Assembly: GCF_036321535.1 (NCBI RefSeq)
Contig: NC_087437.1
Coordinates: 74,774,001-74,838,000, forward strand
Source: Camelus dromedarius
Lineage: Eukaryota
Length of the DNA: 64,000 nt
Direction of reading: 5' to 3'
Part shown: piece by piece, positions 22,653 through 37,117 of the stretch
Layout: the number at the start of each line of letters is the position of its first letter
How positions within the stretch are numbered: position 1 is the stretch's first letter
The notes under the pieces: model-generated
Database searches by the model: none
Told to the model about the DNA's origin: nothing
The model's input: the letters and a program-made list of their open reading frames with translations, nothing else
Position numbers and translations under genes: made by a program

Positions 22653-24939
22653 AATCATGTGATTATGAAATTGTAGACAGAGGAAATTTAAAAGATTAAA
22701 GAGCAGTCAGTGGAAATATCCTTGCATCAGAATATGTAAAGAAAGCAGCTTACGTAGAATGAGGAAGACTTCCCTTCTGTGGTCTCAATCTTGATTACAG
22801 TAAAATGTTTTCTACTCAGTAGGTATAAAACTAATACTTGTTCAATGAATTGACTGAATAAATAAATGGTGATGATGAGTCATTTCTCCAACAAGACCTG
22901 TGTATGTAACAAAATCTTTTTCATTTCACCCACTCCATATAGGTTCAATTTCTGATTGGTAATTGGTGATGGTAGAATGGCTTTTGGCTGTTCAAGCACC
23001 AGTATTTCCCAACCAGGCTATGCTTGCAGTGTGTTAGATTGATGATCTTCTTTTATGCCCTGTGCCTTTACAAATACGATTCTCTCAGTCTGAAAATTGC
23101 TTGTCGCCAACCCTGTATTGTCATCCCTATGACTCTCACCTCTAGCTTGTCCACCCTGGAAATTCCTTTTATCTTTCCAGAGACATTTCAAGCATCACCT
23201 ACCTCCACTGGGAAGCCAAAAGTCTTGAAACAACTTTGCCTTAATCTGTTTTGGCCCCTATTTTTGCACCTTTCCAGATACACTGGGACTCATCTACTTT
23301 GTCAACCTTGGTCACTTGCTTAGAGGAGAGCCCCTCCTGTACCATTCCCACAACTCCCAAGGCACCATCTTTGTCAGCCTTTCCCAGGTAAAGACTGGCT
23401 CTGGTGTGGCTCCATCATACCCACCGAGATGGCACTGCAGAGACCCTGGTTCCTGAGCCTGACACACTGTGCTCCCTGAGTTTCACCTACCCTGACCATT
23501 TCTGAGTCAGATGAAGCATCTTGCAGTGGGGTCTGGGTCTGGTTTAGGGGCCATGTCATATAATCCAGAAATGTAAGGAAGGGGATTCCTTTTACAATGT
23601 GAACTTTAACCAGTGAGAGACAGGCATATCCTTAGCTTCTCCTCCCTGTGTCCTAACCCCATTCAGAATGTTCTAAAGGACAGAGATTTCCATACAACTC
23701 TCTGGAGAAGTCTAGTGTGACCAAGATTTCAGCTGTGTTTATTAAAGCCTTTGTTTTTTCTCCTCACCTTCTTGCTCCTCAGTAAAATGCTAACACAGGA
23801 GCTTTGGCCTAGGTTCTGATTTCTATGGAAGGGTCTGCCCTCCAAAATCCTATGGCAACCAGAGCATACCTTTATCCTAACTGTTAATAACCTGTGTTGT
23901 AATTATTAGCTTACTTTTTAGAGAGATTCTTAAGGAAAGAAACTCTCAGAAGTCTTATTACATAGCACCATGTTTGAGACATGGTATGTGATTTAATAAA
24001 CAACTGCTGATTAATAAATGACCTTTTAACTTTAAGCTATTATATAATACATTTGAAGATTCCTTAGACATTTTTGTTTTAACCCTTTACTATATAGAGG
24101 AGCAAACCCAAGGCCAAGAGAAATCAAAGGACTTTCTCAAAGTTATGCTGTTATTGAGTAGCGTGACTAGGCCAGCACATTGGTTTTATGACTACACAAC
24201 ACTGTTCTCTTATTTGAGAACAATTACTTCCATTTCTGTGAGAGGAAACACCACCAGACCAATGTGACAAACTTGCATTTCTCCAGGCCAATCAAAATAC
24301 AAAATTGGTTAACACTAACAATAGGAAGAATGTTTCTTTGACTCAAACTCCACCCTCCTATAAAGTTCCTGCTGCCTTTTTTTCTGAATGGCTCCAGGTG
24401 ATATCTCACATGTGATTGCAAACACAGTTCTGCCAAATCCCATTCCCATGTGGCACCTGCATTGTATTCCTTTTCTATTTTAATTTCTAGCGTGAGGTCC
24501 ATACCAATAGCTTCCCAGGTGCACATCTGCAGGCTTGGCACAACTGCAGAGCCTCAGGTATCTCTTTATTTCATCTGAGAGGTTCTTGTATGCTGGTCAG
24601 CTCATTGTTAAGAGCCACTGTGTGGTATCCATGTTTCCATATTTATCTTAAATGGAGATATGGGAGAATCTCCTGTGCCTCCTCAACTCTAGCACCCTGT
24701 TCTGGACTTTGGAGGATGGGACATTGCTGCCTACGTCTCCAGTAAAGCAGAATTATCCATTTATTTAGTCTTAATCACAGCTCAATGTCTCAGATATGAT
24801 TCTCCAGGATTGGTGAAAGGCACCTGGATGATATGACCAAGCATCGTAATTATGGAAGAAGGAGGAGGTAAGGTGGCAGGGAGGCACACATAAGCCCCAG
24901 GCCATCACATCATGTTCCACCAGTGCCCAGTGTCCTAGT

Positions 24940-25125
24940 GCAAGGGTAAGCCTGTGGCCTGACCCTTGTGTTTGATCAGTGAGTTAAGAATGATTTTAAC
25001 ACTTTTAAAATGTTATAAACACAAAAAACAAAGGAGAATATGCTATGCAGACTCATGTGACACACAAAGCCTGAAATATTTACTGCCTATCCCTTTACAG
25101 AAAGAGTTTGTGTACTCTTGTCCTA
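24940..25125. mobile_element. hAT-Charlie MITE (MER58-like)
   Basis: 'caaagcctgaaatatttactgcctatccctttacagaaagagtttg' resembles the MER58 terminus. Confidence 0.7.
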
Positions 25126-27239
25126 GGGGGAAAACAAAATGCAACAATCAGAAGTGGGAAATACAGCGATATACAAGATGAACTCTGTAATTGTAAACCA
25201 TAAATCAGTTCCATTTGTTCTGCAATCTTATTAAAATCTTGCATTTTTCCTCGTGATAGGATCTAAAAGCATAGAGAAGTGAGTTTCATCTGGTGATTTG
25301 TCACTGGCACAGCAGATGATGGCTCTGTTTTCAGCCATCGTGACCTTGTGCTGCCTCTGGCGGTTGTGCCTGGCTTGGCATTGGAGAGAGATGCCATTCT
25401 CTCACATCCTGTCCCACTATTCTTCAGCCCAAAGGGAGCACGTTGCCTGGGTCTCCTCTTAGGGCGAGGAAGCCCCTCCTCCCAGAATAGGGGTCCTCAG
25501 GCTTGTTTGTGGACAGGCTTTCAGGAGTCTTAGACCACAGGTTCTTCAGTTCTACCAAGAGAGGGGTGACTCTGAGGACAGACACAGCTTAGATTCAGAC
25601 TAAGGCTCCTGCTACACATGAAAATAGATTTGATTTCTGTTTAATTTTATCTCAATTTGGTTTTGAATAGACTACGAGTATAAATATTTGCTTCCTCTTT
25701 GCTGCAAATTTCCTTCAAGGCTTGACCTAAATGTAAAATTTAGTAAAAACTTCTTGGAAATGGGTGGATGATTACTTTTCATTTATATTTTCTCTGCCTT
25801 TGAAATTTTAATTTCTGTGCCCTTTCTGGCTGGTTGTTTGCTAGCTAATCATTGGTAGATAAAGGTTCCATATGCAAAGAAATATCCTAGGGGGCTAAAA
25901 CACATGAAAATTAAAAACCTTGTCATGTGCTACTGATTTATTTATTCACTTGAGCTTTATCATTTCATTTCCATTTTCCAAGTGTCTATTAAAAATAACA
26001 ACAAAGTAAAGTCTTCTTTTGGCTTAGGAGAAAAAAAGGCTTCAACATTAATTCAATAAACACCTCTTAGTCTTGTTAGATTAAAACAATAAGAATTGTG
26101 ACACCAGTGTTACAAATGTGATTAACTTTATCCATGTGTTTATTTTCCCTTTGCTTTTTATTTGTGGAGTGAGAAGAGGAGTTTCCATAAAAAGTAGCAC
26201 CGGGCTGTTGTCAGTCAACTCCTGTCACCTTTGTGGTGTGGTCTCTAATTAGCCAATTTCCTCTCTGAATCTCAGTTTCTTTTCTTGTAAAACCCAGCAT
26301 CAATTTATCATTTATCTATTCCTTTTGGAAGACATTTGGAGATAGAATGAGATTCTGTTATATGTTTCTTGGAAGAGAGGTCCTTCGTAGCATTTTAAGG
26401 ACAGTTTTTCTTGAAGAACATGAGGATTCACCTGAGGTAGGACTGGAACTGCCATTGAGAACACAGACTGGGAAAATGAACCTGCCTGGATAGCTGATGA
26501 TCAGAAACAACTCAAAGCCTTCTATTACTTGCTTTTCAGCTCAAACATCTCTTTAGATGTTCTTCAACCATGATCCCATTTTAAATGCTAGATGAAAGGA
26601 GATTTGATTTGACAGAACTTTGATGCCACGTATTTGGAATAAATACATCTCACAACAGTATCTGGATCTTCCTTTCAGCTTTCCAGAAGCCTACTTTCAA
26701 GTCTTCTCCATTTTGTCCTGTTATGGAGCTACTCTTATTTAAGCATGATAGAAACTAAATAAATCAAACAAAAAGGAATCAAGTTGAGAGAGTGTTTTCA
26801 AAAACAAGAAACTATGGTAGATGTTTTCTTAGAGGATTCTCTATTAACTGATGCTTGTGTTTATTGTGTAAAATATCCCAACTGATGCCCACAGCCTGCT
26901 ACATACTCACCATTCTCTACTATGCTGGTATCTCCCTACATTTGCGTTGTATATATACCAAGATTTTGTCGTGTTTACAGGGAAGCTGGATTAGGCTAGT
27001 GTATTTGTTATTGCAGTGGTCTAATTTGATCACATTTTGCCAATACTTATTAAAATACAATTTTGAATGAAAATTATTTTCTCAGTAAAAACTAAGAATA
27101 TTCAGGAAAGGAATATAAAAAAGAATCTCAAAAATAATTACTGTTGGATTAGTTGTGGACAGATGGGAAAATCTGGGATAATTTTGCACTCAAATTTTTT
27201 GAAGAACATATTCAAGTTCTTGCTCCATTAAAAAAAACA

Positions 27240-27620
27240 AACCTAGAACTGGACATTGTAGAGTGAAATATAGGTATGTTTTATGAAATAAAAATAATAT
27301 GGAACTCCAGTTAATCGAACCATGATTAAAGGAATTACCAATAAAGGAATGAAACATAAATCATTAGATATAAACATAATAATGTTGTTGGATCTTAAAA
27401 ACATAGTGCCGAATGAAAAAGCAAGAATTAAATAAAAACTATAACACAATACCATATGTATAAGTTTAAATTCATATACATGAAACAAAAATACATATTT
27501 CTACGAATTCAAGTGAAGAAAAACATGTACATTAAACTTACAAGGTATCACTGCCTTTGAAGAAGGAAAGAGATGGGAGTAGGAAAAGGAAGGAAGAGAA
27601 TATACATATAAAAGCATGCA
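27240..27620 (+). mobile_element. Old L1 3' fragment
   Basis: 'gatcttaaaaacatagtgccgaatgaaaaagcaag...caataccatatgtataagtttaaa'. Confidence 0.6.
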
Positions 27621-27639
27621 AGAGAAGACCCTTGTATTG

Positions 27640-28430
27640 GAAAATAATGTTGATTTGTCATGAACTGAGGAGATGTTCCTCCCCCTCGCTCTCTCAAATA
27701 TCATGAACCTAGAAGACGAGAGGAGATGAGAGCACTCAAGGGAGGACAAGAGAATCTTACAGTTGGGACAGCAATGGATCAGTGTGGTAATTGTCTTCAC
27801 GGACCAGAGGAAATGGAAACATCAGTGCTTGCTGTGGGAGAAACTCAGAGGCAAGCTGATTCTTGCTATAGAAGTTCAACAGTCTCAGCAGCAGAAGACA
27901 GCAGGTATGTTTGGAGGCAGGAGTGCAAGTACAATTGGAAATGGGATTGATTGAAATTCTGCTCAAGGAACAGTTAATATCTTGGGTCCCCTCCTTCATT
28001 GTAAGCAGTCAGGCAGCTTCCCCTCCCCCTGCCAAGGAAGTTAAGAAGTTAACTTTCTAGAGTTGAGGATGATCACAGTTAAGTTGGAGTGGGAAGGAGC
28101 ACATCTGAAAACTGGTGAATAAGAAAAAACTAGTCTGTATTGAATGGTGCCTCTCTTCAGCTCCTCTTTCCCTCTTGCATCCCAGAACCTAGCAACTAAG
28201 TATATAACCTCACCTACCTCCGCATTTAGGACATTGGAGGACCTGGTACAACAAGCTGAACAGTGACAACTGAAGATCTGTCAATGAAATGGTTCAAGGT
28301 CCTTCTCTACCACCAATGAGTGAGCAAGCCAACTTGATTCATAAACATGGAACTTTCAATAAGGTTCTTAGCATTTTACTCTTGTGACCACCACGTGGGG
28401 AGTCAAGGATCGTCAGAAACCAGAAACCAG
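27640..28430 (+). mobile_element. Probable old L1 5'-region remnant
   Basis: General resemblance to L1M 5' ends; recognition is weak. Confidence 0.35.
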
Positions 28431-29108
28431 TTTTGAATAGTAATTTTGCATTTTAAAAGTGCTTTCTGGATTATCTGCTGTTTTAAATTATCCTTGCCTT
28501 TGTCCTCTTTCCCTTGTTTAAGATTTTGCCTGGGATTCTTAAATTGAACAAGGACCTATGTAAATCTTCACCACATTCCCTGACTTAAGTCTGAAAAGGG
28601 AGAAAATTGCTTTTGGTTTAGACACATATTGACTGGGATCTAGGCTGGACTATTTTGTCATCTGCTGTTTTGAGTGTGCATGCATGTGTGCATGTGTATG
28701 CATCTGTGTACCTGTGTACCTGTGCATACACACATACTCATGCTCCACTGCAAACCAGAGAGTGCTAGTTAAGCTTTTTGAAAGGAAATGCACCAGACTG
28801 CTGGTACACGTGAGCTTTTCTTCCTGAGAAATCCGGAATTTGGCAAAGCAGTCAGAACCCCAGAGGAGAGGCCCTGTCTGCTGAACTCAGAGGCATCCAT
28901 GTGACCATCCAACAGAGGCCTACCAGTTTTGTCATCAGTGAACATCTTGGCTGATGAACTAAAATCTGTATATAATCTCTAGAGAATATCTCTAGCTTTA
29001 ATGTAGGAAAATAGAGAGGGAGAGAGAAACGCCTGAGGAAGGACTCTCTTATCAGTAGCTTTGGCTTTCCTACTAATCTTCCCTTGTGCCCATGATGCCC
29101 TTGTACAC

Positions 29109-29670
29109 TGTTATGTTTAAAATGTAAGCTGGAGGTACTCCTACAGGATGATTGATTTGTTCAAATTTCCCTCTCTTAGCCTCCTATGAAAAGTACAAAG
29201 ACAAATGTTCCTGCGGTAGACCAAAACAAAAACACTTCTAAGCTTCTCAGGAAGTGTGCTAACCATGTCTTTTATTTTCCACCCATGAGGATACTGTTCA
29301 AATGTAAACCCGTTCTTACACCCTGAGCTACTATCCAGCAGCCTAATCACCCCAGGGCTAGGTTTCAGACAACCAGGGATGGGCCTCTTTGCCCCAGAGC
29401 CCACTGAAGTTACTTAACCTAGCCAATCCTAAGCCTCTTACCCTGTCTCTCTCTTTTCTTCCCATGGAAACCAGAATAAGGACACTGGCCCATGTTTTCC
29501 CCTACTCACTTTGCCTCCTGTTGACTCTGGTGCTTCTCTGTGTGGCCCTCCGTGATATGGTATGTCCCCTCTTCGTGGGAACTATGAGTAACAAATTGTC
29601 ATTTCAGTGGCAATCATCTCCTGATCCTTTGATCTTACCATACATAAGTAATAACAAAACCAATTTAAGC
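29109..29670 (+). mobile_element. ERVL solo LTR (MER74-like)
   Basis: 'gccccagagcccactgaagttacttaacctagccaatcctaag...gggaactatgagtaacaaa...aataacaaaacc' closely follows the recalled MER74 consensus. Confidence 0.8.
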
Positions 29671-30189
29671 AGGGAGAGCAAACTATACTGAGTGACAAAT
29701 CGTAAGAGACCATCCCTTGAGGTGTAATTCTTCCATGAGACTTTCCCTCACTTCATTAACTTACAATGAACTTATCCTCCTGTGAACATCCAACATTATT
29801 GCCTGTGACACTCATTTGACATTTAAACATGTTACTTCATGATACCACATATCTGTTGTTTAAATTTCTTGTGTATGATTGTGTTCTTCCAATTGAAATA
29901 TAAATTTCCTCAGGGTATAATTTTCAGTATCTTCACTAAGAACTGGTGAATGAATGAATGAACAGATGTAACTTACTAAATTTGATCCAAAACTGACAAA
30001 GATCTTACTTTTCATTTCTGAACTTTCTCTTTGCGGATAACTTTTTATGATTGTTATGAACCCCAAATTGCAAAACTTCAAACAAATAAATTCATAAGCC
30101 TAATAAATACCAAATTATTTCCCTGAACTTATAATCACATATAATTGTCTTAAGCATCCATAACTTGTTTGCTGTCTGTAGGAAGAGGA

Positions 30190-30425
30190 AAGCAATCTTG
30201 GGTGCTAGTTAAGAGCACTGTTTTGGATTCAGACAGACCTGGTTTAAATCCTAGCTCTACTACTTGTTTGTTGTGTCTTTGGGCAAGTTACCTGACCTTT
30301 TTGATCCTCAGTTTCTTCACCTGTAAATTGGGGATAACAATGCCTATCTGAGTGAGATTTTATAAAGATTATATGCCTAAAGTTGTTAGCATGGTACTGG
30401 CATATGAAGGATGCTCAGTAAATAG
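30190..30425 (+). mobile_element. MIR SINE
   Basis: 'cagacagacctggtttaaatcctagctctactact...ctcagtttcttcacctgtaaattgggga'. Confidence 0.85.
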
Positions 30426-30545
30426 TGTGATTGTACATCTTGCTTTGCCTGGGACACTGTTTACTCCTGTTGTTGCAACATAATTATTAATAGCACCCAT
30501 TTTTTACCCAAAGTTCCACATTTGGACAATAAATTGTCCTATCAG
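30426..30545. mobile_element. hAT-Blackjack MITE (MER81/MER94-like)
   Basis: 'tttgcctgggaca...taattattaatagcaccc...ttggacaataaatt'; an opposite-orientation relative lies at 36890-37016. Confidence 0.55.
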
Positions 30546-30694
30546 TGTATTTTTTTTAACTTTTTATGCTGATGATTACTTAAATATATGTGAGATGAAT
30601 ATATATTTATAAATTAATATATGATTATATTGGGGCTTTGCTATAATCCTTTCCAATAAAGTCCACCTCATCCGTTTGTCTCCATTGTTGAGAA

Positions 30695-30935
30695 GCAGAG
30701 TTTGGTACAATGGCCAGGAGCACCGACCCAGGAGCCAAACAGCCTGGTCTTGAATCCCAGCTGAGCATGTTCTACCTTTGTAGCCTTAGACAGTCCATTT
30801 ACTTAGTATGTCTCAGTTTTCTCATCAGTAAAAAGGGAACAATATAGGCAGTACTTTTATCATATAGTGTCATGAGGCCAAAAATATGTAAGTATATGTA
30901 AAAATGCTTACAACACTATCTAGCACATAGCAAAC
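30695..30935 (+). mobile_element. MIR SINE
   Basis: MIR core 'tctcagttttctcatcagtaaaaaggga'. Confidence 0.75.
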
Positions 30936-31166
30936 TCTCTGGGGGCAGGTATTGTTGCCTCTTTGTCAATGGCAACCAGGCTGAAATCAGCTTGATTCTG
31001 TTTTCTGTGAATTGCTACTGGTGTAGAAGGTTACCCTAATCTTGCCTTGAGTTCAGCTATAAAGTCTGCATGAATATCTTAGATGATAAAGCCCTTAGAT
31101 GGTAAAGATAGAGGAATTGTGTACAGTAATGTATGATTCTCCAGGATATAAATGTGTTTTGATAGT

Positions 31167-31545
31167 GTTATGGACTGAATTATGCACTGCCCCCATTCAT
31201 ATGTTGAAGCCCTAACCCCTGCCAATGTGACTGTAGTAGGAGATAGCACTGTTAAGGAGGTAACTAAAGTAAATGAGGTCATGAAGGTGGGATTCTAATT
31301 TGATAGAACTGGTGTCCTTATAGGAAGAGAAAGAGACACTAGAGATCTTTCTCTCTCTGTGCCCACACAGGGAAGAGACCTGACAAAGTGAGAAGGTGAC
31401 TGCAAGTCAAGAAGATAAGTCTCACCAGAAACCAACCCTGGAAGCACCTCAGTCTTGGGCTTCTAGCTTCCAGAAATGTGAGAAAATTATGTGAAGCCAC
31501 TCAGTCTGTGGTATTTCATTATTGTAGCCCACGCAGGCCAATATA
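31167..31545 (+). mobile_element. MaLR LTR (MLT1A-like)
   Basis: 'tgttatggactgaattatg...catatgttgaagccctaacc...agccactcagtctgtggtatttc'. Confidence 0.85.
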
Positions 31546-32309
31546 GATGGAAGAGTGTGGTCAAAACATTAAATGTGAAAAGAAAAATTGTGTATCATTT
31601 AGGAATTGGACTAAGAACACTGGAGGAGTCCTTTATTTATGGGGGAATTACTAGGTCAAGGATGCCAAATGGAAAGTTGGTATTGGAAATGTATGAATCT
31701 GTTCAAGGATGATACAAAAGGAAATAGTGAGGGCTGTGATCAAATCAGACAGTGCATGTCCTGTTTTAAGGCACTGAAATTCTAGTTCTCTAAAGCCCCC
31801 ATACAGGTTAAACGGAACACATCAATAAGGCACTGGTCCTTTGGCCCTGCTCTAGTGAACGTCTTTGGAAACACAGGTGAGTTGGATTGTACTCTGGACA
31901 GCACTGAGATGGGGTTTCATGGGTGAATAGAATCTAAACAAGCAGAGCAATAAGGAAAGAGGGTTCCAGAGAGGAAGAATGATAGCAGAACTGACTGCTA
32001 GCATTGTTATGTGACACAGGTAGATTTTTTTCTGGGTTCTTTTAAGGTAGTCAATTTTGGAATAGAGGCACCATATAAAGAAGACTGGAAAATAAGAATG
32101 GAAAAGCTTAGATTGTGTTTGGCTACAAATTCTGGAACAATACATGTGGACATTAGGTGATTCATTTGAGCAAGAGAAAGCTATCATTAAAACCATATTT
32201 CCAATGAACCTTAAGTACTGGTTAGTATGCTTTAGAGGAAGAAGGAATTGGAGTGAGTTCCTCTGACTGCACACATTCGAGTACAGGCTGGTTTGTCACT
32301 TAATCAGAG

Positions 32310-32458
32310 GTGGTATATTGTAGGTAAGCAAATCACCTGGGGATCTTGTTAAAATAGGGTCTGATTCAGCAGATGTGAGATGAGGTCTGCGCTTCTACGT
32401 TCTGAACACACTGATGATGCTGATGCTGCTGGTTCCTAACACACTGTAAGTTGTGAGG
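32310..32458. mobile_element. MER5A-like hAT MITE
   Basis: 'aatcacctggggatcttgttaaaa...ctgattcagcagatgtgagatgagg...tgatgctgatgctgctggt'. Confidence 0.7.
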
Positions 32459-32842
32459 AAATGGATGACCTCTAAACTCACTTACAAACTGTAGTTCCTT
32501 GATTTTACTACCTATCATGCTGAGAAACAGGCTGAAGATTTGCATTCAATATCAACTTGAGTCGTTCTGCTTGTCCCTATTCATGAAATTGTGCATTCCA
32601 GAATGCCAAGTCAAACCATGCAAAAAAGGATTAAACACAGCTCCTTGCCTTGCAGTTACCTCACCACACACTGTGAGTTTACAGGAGCAAGGAGAAAATA
32701 AGCACAAGATTCCAGAAAGATTGGAACTAGACTTGAGTTTAATGATGAAAGAAACTTTGCAATCTCCAGAAAGAAAGATATGAAAGAAAAATGTGGGACT
32801 TAACCGTAGATTAGTTTTGTTTTGTTTAAGGATATGGTTTAG

Positions 32843-33236
32843 CTATGTGGAATCTAAAACAAAAGTTAGACTTATAAAAACAGAGTAGAAAGGTGGTTGC
32901 CAGGGGCTGGAGGGTGTGGGGAATAGGGAGAGGTTGGTAAATGAGTGCAAACTTTTACCTATAAGATGAGTAAGTTCTGAGGATCAAATGTGTAATGTGA
33001 TGACTCTAGTTGACAATACTGTGTTGCACAATTGAAATTTGCTAAGACAGCAGAACTTAAATATTCACACCAGAAAAAAAAAAGATGAATACATGAAGTG
33101 GTGAATATGTTTATTACTAGATTAGGGGAAGTCTTTCACAGAGTATACATATATCAAATCACCACAACCTGCATTTTAAACATCCTACAATTTTGTATGT
33201 CAGCTATGCCTCAGTAAAGTTGAAATAAAAAAAAAG
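32843..33236 (+). mobile_element. L1MA-like 3' end
   Basis: 'gaaatttgctaagacagcagaacttaaatattcacacc...ctcagtaaagttgaaataaaaaaaa'. Confidence 0.85.
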
Positions 33237-34341
33237 AATATCATTTGGCTTTATCAGTCAGTATAAAACTTAATGCTACCACATCATCAGATAATTCTCC
33301 TGAAGCTGCATGTGAACAAAATATTTTCTCAAATCATTTTTTCCCAATGGTTCTTTTTAGACTCTGAGGTCATATAGGAAATACTTCTTCAGCAGCATGT
33401 TAAAAATATTTAAGAATCGAAACCTTTCATTTTAAGGAGTTTTATGCCTAAATGCTTTTTTACTTGTAATTCTTTTACTATCACCTTTATGAAGTTGGTT
33501 AGAATTGTTATTTTAATTACTTACCAAAAGCACTTTTGGTTGTTTTATCTGTTGAAAAGGGGTGAAGTTGATCTTACAGAGGAACTGAGATGAAAGATGA
33601 TGGTGAACAGAATTATTCTTAATATAAAATATTAGGAATGGGTGATTATCAGATAGAACATAGTGAAGTTGACTTGTTTCAAAATCAAAGAAATACTGAA
33701 TTTTATCAATGGGAGTAGGTCATATGATTTTTGTTTATATAAAGTAACTTGACTGTAGAACAGAGGAATTTAAGGAAAGAAAAATATTCTTTGAAATCAT
33801 GTATTCCATTGCATTTTACAAATGAGAAAATCAAGGCTCAGAACATTTAAGTGATTTGCCCACGATCACTCAGTATATTAACAGCAGAGGGAGGGATGCC
33901 ATTCTGAACTGTTTCCACAACACCATATTGATATATTCTGGATAACCAATATTATCACCATTACTTAGATAAATATTATCCCTCAGTATGCCCTATCATT
34001 TTAGGGGAGTGAGGTAAGTAATACCTCTGTATATTTGGAGAAGATTTTACTGAAGAGGAAGTCCTTTAGTTTGTCAATAAAAAGTTGCATAGCAAATGAA
34101 TAAGCAGAAGGATGAAGGAGGGATATTAGGACACAAAGGTGACAGACAATGTAGGTAGCAAAGTACAAAACACAAAAGCAGAAGTAGCAGGAGATAATTC
34201 TGGGACCTGAGGATACTGACTAGCTGGAAGTACTGGGTGAGAGGGTGGGGCTAATGATCAAAGATCTAAGAAAGCCAGGTGAGCAGCTGAACTTAGTGCC
34301 AGGACTTAAGTGAATTTAACGTCATAGTGCAGGGCCAGCAC

Positions 34342-34522
34342 CAGTGGTGTGCTGGGACCACGAGAGCCAATTATATGTTTCTTCTGCCAAATTGGACTCT
34401 AGCAACATCGTATCAGCAAACTTGAAACTGGCCACAATGGGACTATTTACACTATGGAAATCAGCGAACACTACTACCCGGAAATGTTTTTCTTCCTGGA
34501 GAGCCAGTGTAGCAGCATATCT
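34342..34522. mobile_element. MER63-like hAT-Blackjack element
   Basis: Begins CAGTGGTGTGCTGG; contains 'tatttacactatggaaatcagcgaac' and 'ggagagccag'. Confidence 0.7.
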
Positions 34523-35109
34523 GGAAAAAATGAAAGTCTGTGTTATATAGCTGGAGACAATGCAGAAAGAAGGAGAAATTGAGAGGAGGACTGGGGGCAT
34601 CCTGTTTGTTGAGAAGGTTTAGAGGCATGTTCTCCATCCAATTTTCACAGTATATATTAATCACATGTCCATGGTTCCTTATTTTGTGGGTCCCAGAGAT
34701 CCTGACCTTCATGTCATTCAATCTGATACCATTCAGAACACTCTGAATTTTTCAGGCCTTGGCTCAATTCCAAAGTTCTTCTGGTAGGATGAGAATGAGC
34801 AACCCCATTAGGAAAAGAATAAGCTAAGAAAAAGAGAGTCTGAACACTGAAAATAATTTTGTGTTACATTAAACTCTAACATCTGCCATGCCTTAGGCAA
34901 GATAAGATTTCCACAAAAGATTACTGCTATACTTACTCCTGTCATATAGAAGGCTCCCAGCAAGCTTCACATCATGATTTTTTGTCACCATCAACCCATC
35001 ACCAGCAGCAGCAGCAACACTCTCATTTATTGAGTTCCCCTAAGTCAAGCCCTGTTCTAGCAATTCAGTAGTTATTAAGTGGTTACTATGTGCTAGGCTT
35101 GTACTAAAT

Positions 35110-35625
35110 TAGTGGTTCTCAGTTTTCTTCATCTCACGACCCCTTTACACTCTTGGAAATTTTTTTTTTAGGCTCTAAAAAGCTTTGATTATGCGAGCTA
35201 TAGCCAATGATAGTTACTACATTAGAAAGTAAAACTGAGATATTTAAAAATATGTGTTCATTAACTCTTTTAACAATAATAATATAAACCCATTACATGT
35301 TAACATAAAATGCATTTTTATGTGAAGAACTATGTTTTCCAAAGCAAGCAAGTTAGAAGAGTGATTTTGTTTTATAACTTATAATCTCTTTAATAGAAGG
35401 TGGCTGGATTTTCTCATATTTGCTTCCACATTCTATCTGTTGCAGTGTCTCTTATCACATAGATTCTGGGAAACTCCATTCTGCACCCACGTGAGAATGA
35501 GAGGGAAGAAGGCAAATAATGTCCTAGTATTTTTACTAAAATAGTTTTGACCTCGTGACCCCCCTGCCAGAGTCTTGGGGATTCCCTAAAAGTCCCCAGA
35601 CCACAGTTTAAAAACTTCTGTACTA
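35110..35625. mobile_element. hAT-Charlie DNA transposon (MER119-like)
   Basis: Starts 'tagtggttctca...gacccctttacactctt'; ends 'ccccagaccacagtttaaaaacttctg'. Confidence 0.65.
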
Positions 35626-36634
35626 GACTGTGTATTTTAAGAGTGGAGTCAAACCTCTCCCACACTCATGGAACTTACATTGTAAGGCTAAGTCTCTTAT
35701 ATGCCTATTTAAGCTCACAACAACCCTATGAAGTGGATGCTTGTATTGCTTCCATTTCCCACATGAGGAAACTGAGGAACAGAGAAAATACAATATTGAG
35801 GTGCTATTGACAGAATTCAGTGTCAGAGCTGGGACTCAATCTAGAGATGATGCTCGTATCCACTACACAACCTGCTTCCTAAAGCATGACACAAAGAGCA
35901 AAATTCTTACCCATTTTTCAAAACTTCCATATGGGTAAGAAGGTTTAATTATCTTTTGAAGAGATCCTTTACAAAACAACATCTAATCCAGTAGATGCTA
36001 CTACTATTCTGTCACAGTGAAAGTATTATTTCAAGGCAAGCCTTTCTTTTTGGGAATGATGGCAAGTGGCTGGGGTGGCTGTTGTACTCTGAGGATTTGA
36101 AAGTGGAGGAGAAGAATGTGTGTGGGAGAGTGTGTATGGCCAGGAAACTGTGGTCTTCAAACCGAGCCCAGCTATATTGATAGTAAAAAAGTAGAAGTTT
36201 CATTTGTCTCTAGTTAGCCAGAAGAGTGAGCTGCTATGGCCCAGAGGACTCTCTGCATCCCTAATGATTTCTTCCTGGCTGTACAGTGTGGTGGCACAAA
36301 TTAATAGCTTTTCTCTTCTGTGGTTATACAATAGATCTAGGTGCTACCAACCACTGTACTTATGGGAAATAATGAATTACAAATGTCATTATTGTCACAT
36401 GACCAGGGATGAAACAGTTGGTAACTATAACATCATTGTAATTTACTGGAAAAGATTCTCAGGAGCTTAATAAATACAGCTCTCTTTACATATAATCTCT
36501 ACTTTTTACTACCTCCATACCATGCACATGAGCTTCTCAGGTATAACTACCATAGAATTCTTTCAAGAATTACAAGGTCTGGAAAGAATGTCCAAGTATC
36601 TATCACCCAGCTTTTCTTCACCATTCAAATACTA

Positions 36635-36860
36635 CAATAGAAAGAGCATGAGCTTTGGAGTCAGAGGTGAAGGTGTAACTGCAGGATCTGCCAATGATGA
36701 ATTGTATGATCTTAAGTAAATGAGCTTCTGAGCTTCAAGTTTTTCCCTCTACAAATTGGGGAGGACAAAATCGGTCTCATGGGAACATTGTGAGGCTTAA
36801 ATGAGACATTAAGGAAAGGGCATAGTCCAGTTCCTTGCATTCAAAGACAGATGTTAGAAA
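36635..36860 (+). mobile_element. MIR SINE
   Basis: 'agctttggagtcaga...tgtgaggcttaaatgaga'. Confidence 0.65.
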
Positions 36861-37117
36861 GATGTTACTTCCCTTTCCCTTCTAAGAACAGTGATCATGT
36901 AATTTATCATCCCAAATGGAACACTTTTGAGAACAGAGAGGCTCAGTTAATAATTATACCTGAATAACTGACATAAACTGGGAATATCCCAGGCAAACCA
37001 GGTGTGTGATCACCCTTTCTCCAAGTAAAATATTTTGGAAGGCCAGGAGTGAATGTTGGCACTTACATAGTTTTAAAATGTCAGAGCAGTGCTTTTTTCC
37101 TCATTCATTAAAACAAA

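Noticed and set aside
24491..24867. Two plus-strand exon-like segments (24491-24557, 24781-24867)
   Set aside because: The first donor is weak (GTATCT) and the second segment has stops in all three frames; no support for a coding gene.
23420..25375. CTCF-like strings near 23422 and 25350
   Set aside because: Each misses core consensus positions or spacing.
34322..34746. Cluster of overlapping ORFs suggesting a pseudogene
   Set aside because: Largely explained by a MER63-like transposon; the peptides are not recognisable.
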